Assembly: GCF_902652985.1 (NCBI RefSeq)
Contig: NC_047025.1
Location: 6,386,001-6,450,000 of the forward strand
DNA length: 64,000 nucleotides
From: Pecten maximus
Lineage: Eukaryota
Reading direction: 5' to 3'
Both the position numbers and the translations under genes were made by a program. The notes below the pieces were generated by a model. The model ran no database searches and was not told the origin of the DNA. It saw only the letters and a list, made by a program, of their open reading frames with translations. This document shows positions 1 to 13,300 of this stretch, one piece after another. Within the stretch, counting starts at the first letter, position 1. Every line of letters begins with the position of its first letter.

Positions 1-920
1 AACAGTTAAATATTACCTTAAACGGTGTTGATTCTGCCTCGTGTGGTTTTTCCCCAACAGGAAGTCGACTAAGAATTGTGGGTAAAATTAAATGTTATTT
101 TTAGAGTCAGCAGCAGGCAAAACGTAATGGGGTTTTAAAAGCATAATTAAGCGACTAGACAATTAAACTTTTACGTCTGGGATGTAAAATCTTCGAAGCA
201 AAAACCAAAACAATAGGTTTTTACCTGGGTCTGATATTGCTACAGATCGATTGATATCACCGCTTACTGTATGTGGCGAATCCAAAGTGAGGGGTTCGCC
301 ACGGGGAAATGTGACGACACCGATACACAGGTGAGTTAAAAATCAGTAGCGAGCAGTAAAATGACAGACGCCCGACGTTAGCTCATAATTCCTATTCAGG
401 TTAGGATTAGAACTGGTTAATAAAAACATTACATTGGATTTCGTGTTGTTTTATCAGTGACTGCCAGTGTCAAGTTCGTATAAATTTATACCACAGGAAA
501 CGACCTAAATAAACTCGGTTTCTCCGATCTCTGTGCTTTGGTAATTGGAAATAATATGGAATATTTTAAACTTCAAAGCGAACATAAGAATGTCTCTATG
601 ATAAACATAAATGATTTTAGATGTAATTGTCGGCGAGTCCTTAGATCGTATGTCAAATTAGGAACACACGGATGAAACAGGGATGTATGACCCCCCGATT
701 TGAGGTGCTACGATTGTACTGTGCCGCGAATAAGAAAATCATTAAGGTTTTGTTATTTTAATACACACATTTTTATACAATTAGTAATAGTAATCTGACA
801 ATTTGACATCAGTAAAAGCACAAACAAAAACACCGTTTATTAACAATAATAACGCAAATATTTTCATCCAAAATCGACCCAAGTCTGACTACCATTACGG
901 ACCAAATCCAAGATGACGAC

Positions 921-1005
921 GTGCATTTCGGCTTATCGGGTAAGTCGGTTAATCGGGTAAAAAGTCCCCGCAAATAGGCAACCCGATTAAGCGGAATGCA
1001 CTGTA
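921..1005. mobile_element. Right end of a Tc1/mariner-pogo-like non-autonomous DNA element
   Basis: Ends ...ccgattaagcggaatgcactg|ta (CAGT-type TIR plus TA) with subterminal repeats of ttaatcgggt. The left end was not identified. Confidence 0.45.
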
Positions 1006-1585
1006 CTTGTACAGTTAATTATCACACAATATTTCTATGAATACTCCACTTTTTAATCGTGATATCAGCTGTCATAGAACTTGGAGCAAAAATAGAGAGC
1101 ACAACTTCAGAGTAATTCAAAGAACTCTCCATTGATTATTTTATTTTCTTAATTTACACTCCGAAAATAAATGATAACATATATATACCAATTTTTTTGT
1201 TCATGCCCATAATTAAGCTTTATTTGAAACTGTGCTGCTTCTCCAAATCTCTAACAAAAATCTAACAGAAATTCATTATTACTGTAACACCTTTACTACA
1301 TCGATCTTAAATGTTCATTATCCATATCAACAAATTGAAGCTATAACTTATAAATGTAATGCCAGTGTTCCCAAAACTCTCAAAGCAAATCTTATTTATT
1401 TCATAAACAAATCCTGTTTATTTCATTAATAAATTAAAAAGATACTTACAATCCCTAATTAAGTTATGACCTAAAGAAGATTATTCCTGATATTAACATA
1501 GATGTTCTGACTTTAATAGCAGCCATACTTCAAAATCCCACAGTAATAACTCGACAATAATAAAGTACTGGTAAAGTACAATGTG

Positions 1586-2028
1586 TAAGAGGCCCAGAGG
1601 GCTAGTATTCACCTGGACCTTTATCAGTTATCATGGCAAAATACTCTCATTTCAGTTACATTATAAATATTCCTGTACTTTTTCAGCCGCTGATTGCAAC
1701 AAAGGTTCAAACTAAACGTGGACCAAAAATTGTCATTCTTAAAGAAAAAGAAGGATTTCCAAATTTTATGCTAGCGCACTATAATATATAGTTCCCATAT
1801 CGGGCTTGGACCTCTCTTTGGCTTCAGGGGTCAGCAACACTCCTCATTTCTATAACATTTAGTCTTCTTTGCCCAATAATGCTCCAGATCAAATTTCATC
1901 GAAATACCTTCAGTTGTTCGGGACGTCGACTAGTTAGTAGCTGTTTCACAGAAATATTGAAGAAAAACAAAAAATGGATGGACTGACAAAAATGATGGAT
2001 GCTGCACCTGAAGGCCAGGAGAGCTTAA
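1586..2028. mobile_element. Helentron/HINE-like non-autonomous repeat
   Basis: Begins aagaggcccagagggc and ends cacctgaaggccaggagagcttaaa, with a short hairpin at each end and a GGAT/GGAC microsatellite near one end. The same layout recurs elsewhere in the window. Confidence 0.5.
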
Positions 2029-5000
2029 ATACATTAATTATAAATGGACATTTAATTCCTATTTGATCCAATTTTGAAAAATGCACAATTGAGCTAAAAG
2101 TTACAGACTGTTATTCTTTGTTAGCTATAGTAATCAATGCTTTTAATTTACCATTTGCAGTAATTGGGCCAAATATTCTAATTATTTTTTTACGGAATTG
2201 CATTATACACAAACAGGACATAACTCAAAGATGTTTGGGCTCAATCATCATTACCTAAAATTTTCTGTATTTGATGACTCATCAAGCTTGAGAATGATAT
2301 AGATTTCCTTTCTCATGCCATGAGTAAAATCCTATATATATATATATATATGGACAGTGTTTCTATATATATAACTGACTACAAGTATATATACACTAAA
2401 TTTACCTATGAGTCATGATATATTGCTATGTAGGGTTGAATGTATCTCACAATCATGTATTCATACATGTGATTCTAAATGTTTAGTGTTTTAAATTTTC
2501 AGACTTCTTTTAAATTTATATTTACTGGACTTGCTATAACTCAGTAACGGTATATATATATATATAAGTGTCTTCATTTACTGAAGTATTATAAGGAAAC
2601 TTCAGACACTGAAATCATGAATTTTAATTCAATTTTAAAACTTTTACATTTATATATACATATAAATCTCAATATCTTTGGAATCATCGATTTATCTGAA
2701 ACAACGTTCACTAGAATCATATACCATAATAAGAAAACCGTTACCACAACATTCACAGAGTCTAAAAGCTGCATCAATATAAGTCACACTGCCGTCTATT
2801 ACCTGAACAAGACGGGATTCGACTGTTGAAGGTAACTATACCTAAGCAGTCCTTTTGGTTCTAAAGCATGTGTGTTTTGTGAATCTTTAACTGACAGATA
2901 ATGTCTAGTTTACCCGGCAGGATTGCTGAAAAACACTGACAGCGACCCTATAATTTGAATACAATTGGGCAATTTCATTTCCAACCATATACGAAACATG
3001 TATATCTCAAAAACTTAAAGGAGACAGAATTTTTTCATTAATCGGTGTGTGTTGACCTCGAAAAATATCATTGAAAAGTGGTTTCCATGTAGGGAACCAG
3101 GGAGGAGGGAGAATCATATTGGGAGACTTTACACACAAATACACGTAGTTTATGAGGTTAGCTAAAGCCCTTAGGACATCTATCAGAAAATAATTCAAAC
3201 ACTTTGGCCAGTGAGCTCATCTTCTATAGACAAAATGATATTTACAGCACTGATATACAGGCTGCCATACAAATTTCTGGCATGTCCATCAAACTAGATG
3301 CTGCTTTAAAAGTCGGTCACCCTCCCATTACTCGAGACTTAATGATGAGTAAAGAAATCTCCATCAGCATCTAGATGTATGACTATACTGAGGGCAGTAA
3401 CAGCTTGTCCAAGGATAACTGGGGATGATTTTGTAGAGACAATTAGACCCTGTTTCACTCTTTAAGATGTCAGCATGCAGCGAGGGTTATTTAAGTAGAA
3501 GTCATCGATAGCAATAAATTGAATAATGTTGTGATGACCGTCAGATCAATGGACCTGAATTTAGAGTGATTTTAAGCCATTGGTTCTACAATATATTGCA
3601 TGTGATAAATAATTTGGGAAAAAAGTACTTTTTTAGGAAAAAAGCTTGAACAAATAAATTTAAAAATACATTACATTAATTTTTCTGTTTCTACGTATAC
3701 TGTCATAATCATAGTTCAGGAAATATTGACTATTTTTTCTACCAGCTCGTTCTAAGCATTTCTTCTATAATATTTTAAGTGTTTTTGCGAGGAACTAATG
3801 CATGTCCTATGTATTGAACTATTTCCGTACTCATTCAAATTTCGCATTGCTACAGGAAGTCAGACTGCAGGTAGGTTTTTTGAGCAGGCCGCTTCTTCGA
3901 GCACATGACTGTCACTGCCGCATTGATAAAATGTGTGGCACTAATATTATAATGGTATCTCACCATATATATGCTGCAATATATCCTACGGAATGAGTAG
4001 AGACTTGTTTACTGGATATCTTGGTGGAGATTAGATGAAATCGTTCAACAGACAGGAAGCACAACTTTTAATCTGCTCACCGTGTCACTCGTGTGTAAGT
4101 TATCACTCATTTGTAACATCAATTTTTTGTTGTGTGCACAATTCCTGTTTTATTTTGACAATAAACATTACTGATTTGTTGATATTTAATTGTTTATAAA
4201 AGTTTTATCATGTTTATCACGTCAACAATGCCCCAGAAAACGAAAGTAAAATCCCGGTCCGCCATTTTGTTGTCAGTGTAAACAGCCCGACATAAACCAG
4301 CCGATTTCCGAGAATTCAATTATTTTCAACAAATAAATACACTTAAAATGCATAAAATGTCCTGTCCTCATATTTCTAATGCTTACTCTCTAATTTGTTA
4401 AATACATATTTTGTTCGTCAATTCCTACATATGACAGCGAGTTACAGGAACATGCCTGTTTCATAACGTCTTATAAGTTAAGGTGGTACAAAGGAATGGT
4501 ATGCTTAACCGACGAGTAACACGAACATGTTTCTCAACATCTAGAGATGGCATAAAATAATGAAGGCATGTTTACTGCGACTTCTCAAGATATATCATGA
4601 AAGATATATATGGAAACACTTTTCTGTGACGTCTCACGAAAAATCATAAGTACATAAATATAAGGTTGTGGGGTGAAAACACAATACGCTGAAGACATCG
4701 GATGAGCAAGAATTTAAGGAGTTTGTGATTCTTTTCTCTACTTTACATTGCAAAATCATTTCAAATGTCAGACTATGAAATCCTCAATGAAAACTGTCAA
4801 GCTATATATTAGCTGGCATCGTTTATGACATAGCTAGCATGAATATTATAGCATTGCACTAGATTGAACCTTTTCGTGGAAAGCTTTTAATTAGGCCAGA
4901 ACATTAAAGAGAACATTGTACCTATAAACCACAGCTTTTCCTCCCGACACATCATGACAGGTTTCTTAGGGTTTAAAATTGAAAATAAAAATTTTCATAT

Positions 5001-5464
5001 TAAAAGCCAGGAGCTCCGGTCCCTGAATGTAGAAGTTTGTTTTTAATTGCAGATTTGTGCAAATTTTAACGTAATTCATGCATCACACTCGTTTCTTTTT
5101 AAAACATTCAGTATTAATAATGATTATATTTTCACAGCTATAGGGATTAGTGAGATAAGTCTCCAATCCATCTATGTAAAAGCTACAGGATTAACAAACT
5201 ATGGCAACGGAAATGCGACAACAACAGGACCTTATAGCTACCGGGTATGGTTGATATGATTCTCGGAAACTTGCCACAAATATATAAACAGGAAGCGCTT
5301 TCATCCAAAAATGACATTCAGCTACAAGTGTGTACTGTGGGGTTTTCTTGGAACAGAATAACTGAACATTTTCAGTGCACTAGTTGAGGGATTGAATAAA
5401 ACTTGAATTGGGTACCAATAGGACTGCCGTCATTAAGTTGACATAGACAATAAAACAAGCACTA

Positions 5465-5750
5465 TTTTTTGTTTGTGTTTGGTTGCAATTGGTGTATTGC
5501 CCTGTGCAGCCAGGGTCATTTTGAGGCGGGGTCTTCTTGTAGTAGTTGGTGACTACCTCAATGATCGACATACAAGAGACCCATCGCATCCTGAACAATT
5601 TGGGTAATGACTTGCTCCAGAACACAACCACAACAGCACAGACCAGCTCATTCCAGTTTTCGGGGAAACACGAATAACCAGAGGTTTGTGAATCTTCACC
5701 TGAGATTAGGTGGCCAGTGTACTCCATCTGACTGAGCTATCACGGCCCCC
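5465..5750 (-). mobile_element. tRNA-derived SINE with CORE-like central domain, full length
   Basis: Minus strand starts GGGGGCCGTGATAGCTCAGTCAG (A box), has an A-rich tail, and is flanked by target-site duplication taaaacaag(c/t)act (5451-5463 / 5752-5764). Related copies at 9845-10080 and 38560-38800. Confidence 0.75.
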
Positions 5751-6375
5751 TTAAAACAAGTACTTATGTTTAACATTTATAGACGGAAGTATATATACTT
5801 CCGTCCTGTAACTGGGTCTGTATGTCACACCACTCAGAAAACAATGGGACTAGTTCCTGCTGACACTGTAGTATAATTACAAGGCGTAAGGTACTCACAA
5901 TAAAGCATATTATAACCAGACAAGTATTTGTATTGTAAATCATATCTAAAGATATAATTGGAGATAGTGTTTCAGCTTTAAGGCTGTATTGGTTTTAAAA
6001 GGGTAATTTGATTACAAATAAACAGGCAGGAAAAGTGAAAATAGATTTGGCCATGACGTGAGAATTTGTTTGTGATGTGTATGACATTTCTCACGGTTCT
6101 ACGAAATGGTCTAACGCTACAGAATGGATATCAGTACGAACTCGGATATTATCTTCAATTTATATATTTCATACATGCTGATCAGGCACATAATCTGAAG
6201 ATGTATGTAGCAAGAAATTAAAGGTTCACAGTAAGTTAATTAATACTAAATTAAATTTAACCCTGGTACTGACCTATAATTCACAGCCCCTAAATTTGTA
6301 CCCCGGTATACGTATACGTACTGACCTGGTATACGGTATAATTCACAGGGAAGAAATTCACATTAAAGATTTGTT

Positions 6376-7110
6376 ACAAGATGACCAATTTGGCCTGTAT
6401 TGCTCATCTGTTTCTAATGCAATTTTGAAGTTGATCTAGGTCATTTCTTAAAGTTGTTTGTTGTTTTAATTTCATTCTATATTTGGTGTGTTAAATTTTT
6501 GTCACTAAACTAAATCCTCAAAGGATGGCAGAATTTCATGAATTTGTCTTTGTTATTTTTTGTTTACATGATTAGATTTTGATCAAGTGCTTATTTAAAT
6601 GGTCAAATCCATTAAAAACATGTTAAAAATCTGAACTGTCACACACTCAGTGTGTTACAGGATGCATTTGTATTGAAGTGCATAGGTGATCATACAGGTA
6701 AGAAAAGGAGATATTTTCAATTAATTCTATCTTTAATGCAAAATGATCCTTCTCAGGTATAAATGTCAGGCAAGTTATGAATGTGAATGAAGGTCAAGGT
6801 AATTCATTTGAACACACTTGGTAACCACTCACTCCAGCATGCCACATGCCCACAGTCTCTTTGACTGCGAAGTTGTTAAAAGATCCCCTGTGACCTTGAA
6901 TGTAGGTTAAGGTCATTCATTTGAACAAACTTGATAGCCCTTCACCCATGCAATCACTATGGGTGCAAATTATCAGGTCTCTCATGATCAATGGATCATG
7001 GTTAATGAAAAGAAGTTGAAAAGAAAAGTAATTAACTCTGGATGGACACCTGACAATTGGCATAAGCTTATATAATTACTTGCACTTTTAGGCAGATGAT
7101 GAGCTAAATA
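6376..7110. mobile_element. Helentron/HINE-like non-autonomous repeat (degenerate)
   Basis: Starts acaagatgacc...ggcctgtattgctcatctg, contains internal aaggtcaaggt/tgaccttga repeats, and ends gatgagctaaa. Confidence 0.45.
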
Positions 7111-7944
7111 TAAAAGAGTAAATTTTGCATTAAATCCTATTTAGATCTCTAAAATTATCATAAATAATTCATTAATCAATAATGATTAATTAGTGTTAAT
7201 TAGTGTTTTCAGTGATGAGGTAAAGATACAAAATTGTACCCATTAGTCAGTGATTTGGTGAATATATGCACTACTATAGCTCTTGGAGTCTAAATATACA
7301 ATAGTCCCTCTTTTAGCAGCACCAAATGGATTATTTTAAGCAGCACATCTCCTTCCTAGCTGGTGAGTTATATTTAGTCACCCAGTCTAGGCCGTTCACA
7401 CCTATCAATGCAAGTCCAGCGATTCAGTGAAGTAGATGTGGTTCTTCCTCTTCTCATAATTTAAAGTGAGCCCATCATCTGCTCATAAAACACATTTTTC
7501 TTGTTTAAAGTTGATCAACAACCTTGGTGCATGGCTACATGAAGCAAAGTGGAGAATATGTACACGTATTTTGGAGAGGTAGCGCGTCTTAAAAATAAGA
7601 GCAAGGCGTGTAGTTTAGAGAGGGCAGAGATGTACATATTTTGAGGAAGTAAAGCAGTTAGATGTTTACATTTATTTTGTGGTAGAATATCTACATAGAA
7701 CATGTATTTTGTGGAGATGCTGTAACATGCAGGGATTACGTCCTATCTTTAAGGATGTTTTAGGTAAAACGTGGATATAGGCAAAGCTGAGGGATAAAGT
7801 ACCAATATTTAGGTCAAAAATTCATACATTGTTTTCATAACTCATTTAATTCTGAATTTTGTGATAAATAAAAGCAAAATGGTTATAATATGTAAAGCAG
7901 GGAGATATATTACGGCAATAGTATGTTTTGTAGATGTTGAAGGT

Positions 7945-8125
7945 TCATATCATACATTTTGGAGATGGGGAAGTTGATAATACATTTTTTTTTTAATAGG
8001 GGAAAATGATCATACATTTTGGAGATGGGGAAAATGATCATACATTTTGGAGACGAGGAAGTTTCATATAATACATTTTAGGAGATGGGGAATTTTCATA
8101 TAATAAATTTCTGAGATGGGAACGT
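7945..8125. repeat. Degenerate ~30-bp tandem repeat (tacattttggagatgggg core)
   Basis: About 6 visible diverged copies. Confidence 0.7.
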
Positions 8126-9844
8126 TTCATGTAGTATAGGAAAGAATCGAAATGTAATGAAGTTGTGAAAAGACGCCAGTGGAACGTTCACAATAACTAA
8201 TACATTCAGCAGGAAATTACAGGCTTGGTATGTCACTATATATAACCGAACCAAAACTTTCCCGAAGCATTTTACATGTATCTGAATTGAGGTTTATGTT
8301 ATAACTTAAAAAATCAATACAGGAAAATGTAAGGGTGTTATTTCCAGAAAATAAATGATATTAAGTGAATCATGCCACATAAAAATGGAATCTGTCAGCT
8401 GATTAGTCAATGATAGACCATTGTGGGTGCTGGTCTGTACACCAATCCTATGGTGTAGAGTAATTTATCTCAATTTTCACAAATTTAATTTAAGCTTTTT
8501 AACAAGAAAAGGAAATCTATGTGGACAAGCATAATGTCAATGACTACACAAACTTTAGGGAAACGATGATTGTAATTTTAACAAGAAACCAAGTAAAAAC
8601 TGTATCAGGTTTTCAAGAAATCAAGGTCAATACATTAGAACTGCCTCAAATCATGAAATAAAATCTAATAAACAGCATGGAAGTCCTTCCCTGTTATACA
8701 GAAAAATCATAATATAAGATAAGAAATACTTTAATTGTTTAATAAACAAACTTCCCCACATAGCTACAGTATAGCTGTAACCATGCATTTCTATTTTTTG
8801 TTACAGTGACCTGGCGCCATTTGATTTGATGGTTTTTGAATGAAAGCTTTAAAATGGCTATAGACACACAAGCTATTTCCTTAATATAATGTACCACAGT
8901 TTGTACCAGTTACCCTCAAAGTTCAGTAAAATTCAGATAAGTCGAAGTCAATGGTACCATGTAAAATATCTGACTTATCAGACTTATATATAACCATGTT
9001 TCTATGTACTGATATATATATATATCACCAATGACATAAAACTGACCCGGAATTTACTGGTTGTCTACCATACATTTCCAATAACAAGGTGTGTGACAAA
9101 ACAATAAATGTGTAAAAACATTTTTTATTTCATACCATGACAATGGCAATGTACATAATTTATTATAAACCCAGGCCTTCCATTTTTATCTATAACTTAT
9201 TTGTCCTAATAAGCACTTTGTGCGTTTGCAAACACACAATTGAGGATTTTGCCTAATTAAACCATGTATGGGTTTCCATGTGAACTCTGGGTGGAAAAAT
9301 TTATATTTTTCATTTACATATATCTATGTAGTGAAAACAATCCATCAGTCTTTGGTTAAAAGACTGAAGCTGATATTAGCAGATCAGTGAGTTAAGAAAC
9401 TTTATATTATATGTTTCAATAGGGACACCCATCCTCTCTTCCCGATCGAGTAAATATGGTGTGCATGCACCTATAGAGCAGGTGTGCTTATTACCATAGG
9501 TTGAATATAATATATTAGTCATTGTGTTTCAATCTGTCACTAATCTACACTATCAACCTGTGTTGACCTAGTTTTAACGCTATATATAGATATATTCGTA
9601 TCATTTGACATTTGCGTTAACTTATATACCACATTTGTCCTCAAATTAAGCCCCCTCTCCTTGAGAGTGCTAAAGAGTAGCATATGATTGAAGTTGAGGA
9701 GGGTTTATTACTCAACCAGATTTAGCTTAATCAAATCTAGTATTTTACGTTTGAATATTCTGCCTAAATCAAGAAGGGCTTATTTATAGACACAGGCTTA
9801 TATTTATTTACAGATTATTATTATTTGTTTTGACAAGTTAATCG

Positions 9845-10080
9845 GCCAGTGAAAAGCCAGAGTCATTTTGAGGCAGGGTCTCCTTGTAGTAGTTGGTGAC
9901 TACCTCACTGAACAACATACGGAAGGTCTATTGCATGCAATCCGGTTAAATAAGGGTAAAGAGTCTTTTCCAAGGACACAAACATGACAGCACACAGACC
10001 ATGCAGCCTGTTTCTCAGCTTCCCGAGAAACACAAACCGACACTGGTAGGGAGAGCCAAACCACGCACCTCAGATTTTCA
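9845..10080 (-). mobile_element. CORE-like SINE copy (5'-degenerate)
   Basis: Shares gtcattttgaggc(a/g)gggtc..cttgtagtagttggtgactacctca with the 5465-5750 element. Confidence 0.7.
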
Positions 10081-10202
10081 CCTATTACTATAGTTACGGA
10101 TAAGTACAGTACCCATGCAGTTACAAAATTCATATACAATAAAGGCCCCAAAAATGTCTACTCATGCTATAATATACATATATCCCATAGACACAAATAG
10201 AG

Positions 10203-10346
10203 GATCTGTCATGAGTTTCCCTTCATATTAGATTTATGATACGAGTTTTGAATTTTTTTTATTTTTGCGAGCCTCTGGCGAGCAAAAATAAAAAATTCTA
10301 AACGAGTATCATAAATCTAACATGAAGGGAAACGAATGACAGATTC
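10203..10346. repeat. Long imperfect palindrome at the end of a probable non-autonomous DNA element
   Basis: Arms atctgtcat..tttcccttcat.ttagatttatgatac / gtatcataaatctaa.catgaagggaaa...atgacagat around the centre gcgagcctctggcgagc. Confidence 0.75.
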
Positions 10347-13300
10347 TTTTTATCATATGACGTTTTCTTTCATCGTTCCCCATCAAAAACTGATTTTCTC
10401 TTTTGCCTTGAATCGTCACATATCAACCAAATCACCCGAACCTTCGAAGTAGGTCAATTATACCGACGAGAGAAGAAATAGTTCTAACACAACTGACTCT
10501 TGAAAAGGATTCATTTTATTAAATACACGTCTCAAAACAAAATTTCAGCATTTTTTCATTTAATCTATAATAGATAAATTGTCCTTGGTGTTTGAAACAA
10601 TGAGGAAAATATTTTAGTTTGAAAGTTCATGAGCGACTGTTTTTGATGTGACGAAGCCGTGACGTCACTTGGCGCGATAATGGAGGCTTCGTTGTACAAA
10701 TGTCTATTCGCTGTCGCTGTCGTACAGAACCATTGTACGGCGCCTTTTCACTGCTTTGTGTTTATCCTCGTCCTCGCGGGAGTTTATGGAGATGTGAAAT
10801 GTTCCCACTGAACATCGTGTTCAGACTGCCGTGAAAAGCGACTTTGGATGCCGATTTGTTGGCAGTGTTGTTTGTTTTGACATTACACGTGTTTGTCGAC
10901 GACAGTGTCAGCATGTTATTCTGAGTAACCGTTGAAGGCAAGTTGTAACAAACTACATTGCCGTTTTTCATGAGGATTTTATTAAATAATGTTATTATTT
11001 GTTTATTTGAAAAGAATCTAGACTAGATATGTCTCATCGGACAACGCAACCGCAATTTTCTATTGGGAGTTGAAATATGTTACTAGGGGTCATAAAATAG
11101 ATGTTTGCCAGGCCTAATTTAACATCTTATAGTATAAATATAATTAAAAAACTTAGGATGTTTACATCTTGGATTTTATCTTTGATTGTACAATATGTTA
11201 TGTTAATAGACCAATTTGTCGTTCAGTTGATTTTTTTTCAAAGTTTACAAGCACTAGTCGCCATTTTTACGAGTTGTAGTAAAAAGAAGTAGGTCGTTCC
11301 CACGCGTATGAATACAGTTCTCACGGAACACAATTAAACCATAAGTGTAATTTTCATACATTATATTAATTAATTAATTAAACCATAATTGTAATTTGAA
11401 TACATTATATTAATTAATTAACGTAATGCATAACACAAATCAGTTCAGAGCAACTTTTCAAAACCAGTGATCACCTGTTGATACCGATCGAAATGGCGAT
11501 GTATGGAATTAATTCTTTATATCAATTAAAAATCTTTCCAATATCAATCCCTCTGAATTCTAAATATTGAATTGATTTTGCGTCCAGTTTATGGTTAAAA
11601 CCTAACATTACATCCATAAACTGACCTTATATTACCCGAGGGCGAAAATTGACAGGTGCCAATTAATGCAAGCCAACTGACCTTTTCACAAATCAACACC
11701 AGTACATGTGTTGTCGTAAGCTTTGTCTTTGGACATACGCGTGTAGTAATTACAATTGGTACATAACATATATATAGTACACCTATGACTAGAAGAACAT
11801 TACGATTTAATTGTGTACTAATCAAAACCGTCAAGCTGAAGTCAAATCATCATGCATCAGTATATATGAATGGCCTTAAGCTTTTCACCATATGAAAACA
11901 AGCAGAGCTAGAAAACCGGAGTTTTGCATCTAATTTACCTGATATATGTACATGTGAAGCAGAAAAAATTCACACATGGTAAGGAAGCTATATTAAATGA
12001 TAGCTAGATCAGGCTTCATTCTCATTTTTACAGCATATACTGCTAACAGTTTAAGGTTCTATAGCTACTCCAAGTCACTCCACTATATAGATTACTTTTA
12101 CAATAACATTGTCAGTTTATTCATCTTGCTTTCTACAGAACACTGTGAGCTTTTTTGATGTTATTAAAGATGATCTTGTATATCTTAATATGTACCCAAA
12201 GATACATTATACAATTTTTCACTGAGAGAGAAATCAATGGAGACATGCAATGTTGAATGTCACACACGCGAAACTTCACGAAGACAGATCATGGACTGTC
12301 TTTACCCAAATGCCAGCAGGGAAACAGATTTAAACAAATGGATTCCTGTTTCACCATAAAAGACAAATAAAAAAGGCTTTTCTGGTAAAAGTTCATCTTA
12401 ATACACATTGTTAAATTACATATAATTCTATACAATTTCAGACACTATACATTATTCAATCAACTGGTTTAAACCATTGCATGCATTTTTACGCTAGCTG
12501 ATGACCTGTAATTCCCTGCATACAAGTTTACACATCAACAGAAGGGAATTAAAGTACTTTAACTTTCAGTGGGTTCGAAAAAAATCAATTACAAAAAAAT
12601 GAAATACTGGTGATGCTTATTCTCTGTACAGAGAAGTCAAATGATTATGGCTTTTTCTGACCGACAATTTTACAACAGGAATCAAAGGCATATTTATTAC
12701 GACTATAAGGATTTTGATGATGCATTCTTGGTCAGCTGATGTGCCAAATTCATGAAGTTTTTGACATATTTGACCCCTGTTACCTCGAAAAAAAGGTCAA
12801 GGTCATTCATATAAAAATTTTAATGTAACTTCTCCATGTACCACCTGGTCAAATATCAGTTTTCAGTTGCTTATAGTTCTCCAGAAGATTAATTAATAGA
12901 TGACAGACAAAATAGGACGCATGGACGCCCACTAATGCACCTTCGATTTAGTCGAATGTGATGCATGCATGCGTGTATTTAGACAAATACTGATTAAGGG
13001 CCAGGTCAGAACGTATACGTATAACACCATATATTAACCTCACCAAAGGTTCAAAATTGATAACGATATATTTTTTAACAAAAAAACAAACCGCTCATTC
13101 ACAATTGCTTGATATTGATCAGAAGGTTATTATCAGCATTTGAAAATATTATCACTCTTCAATTATCTCCACAAAGAAATAGTTTCCGAGATAAGTGCCG
13201 ATCCATCAGTGTAATCTAAGTCGTATATTGATCACGATATTAATTCAATCACTCATCGAAACAATAGGATCACCCTGCCCACCCAGAGATACGAGGAAGT

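Noticed and set aside
2030-2062. Minus-strand ag|GA ATT AAA TGT CCA (G-I-K-C-P) resembling the start of ZNRF exon 2
   Set aside because: Continues FIINVF with no second Cys or downstream ZNRF motif; treated as chance.
5380-5727. 115-aa ORF
   Set aside because: Lies largely within a SINE copy.
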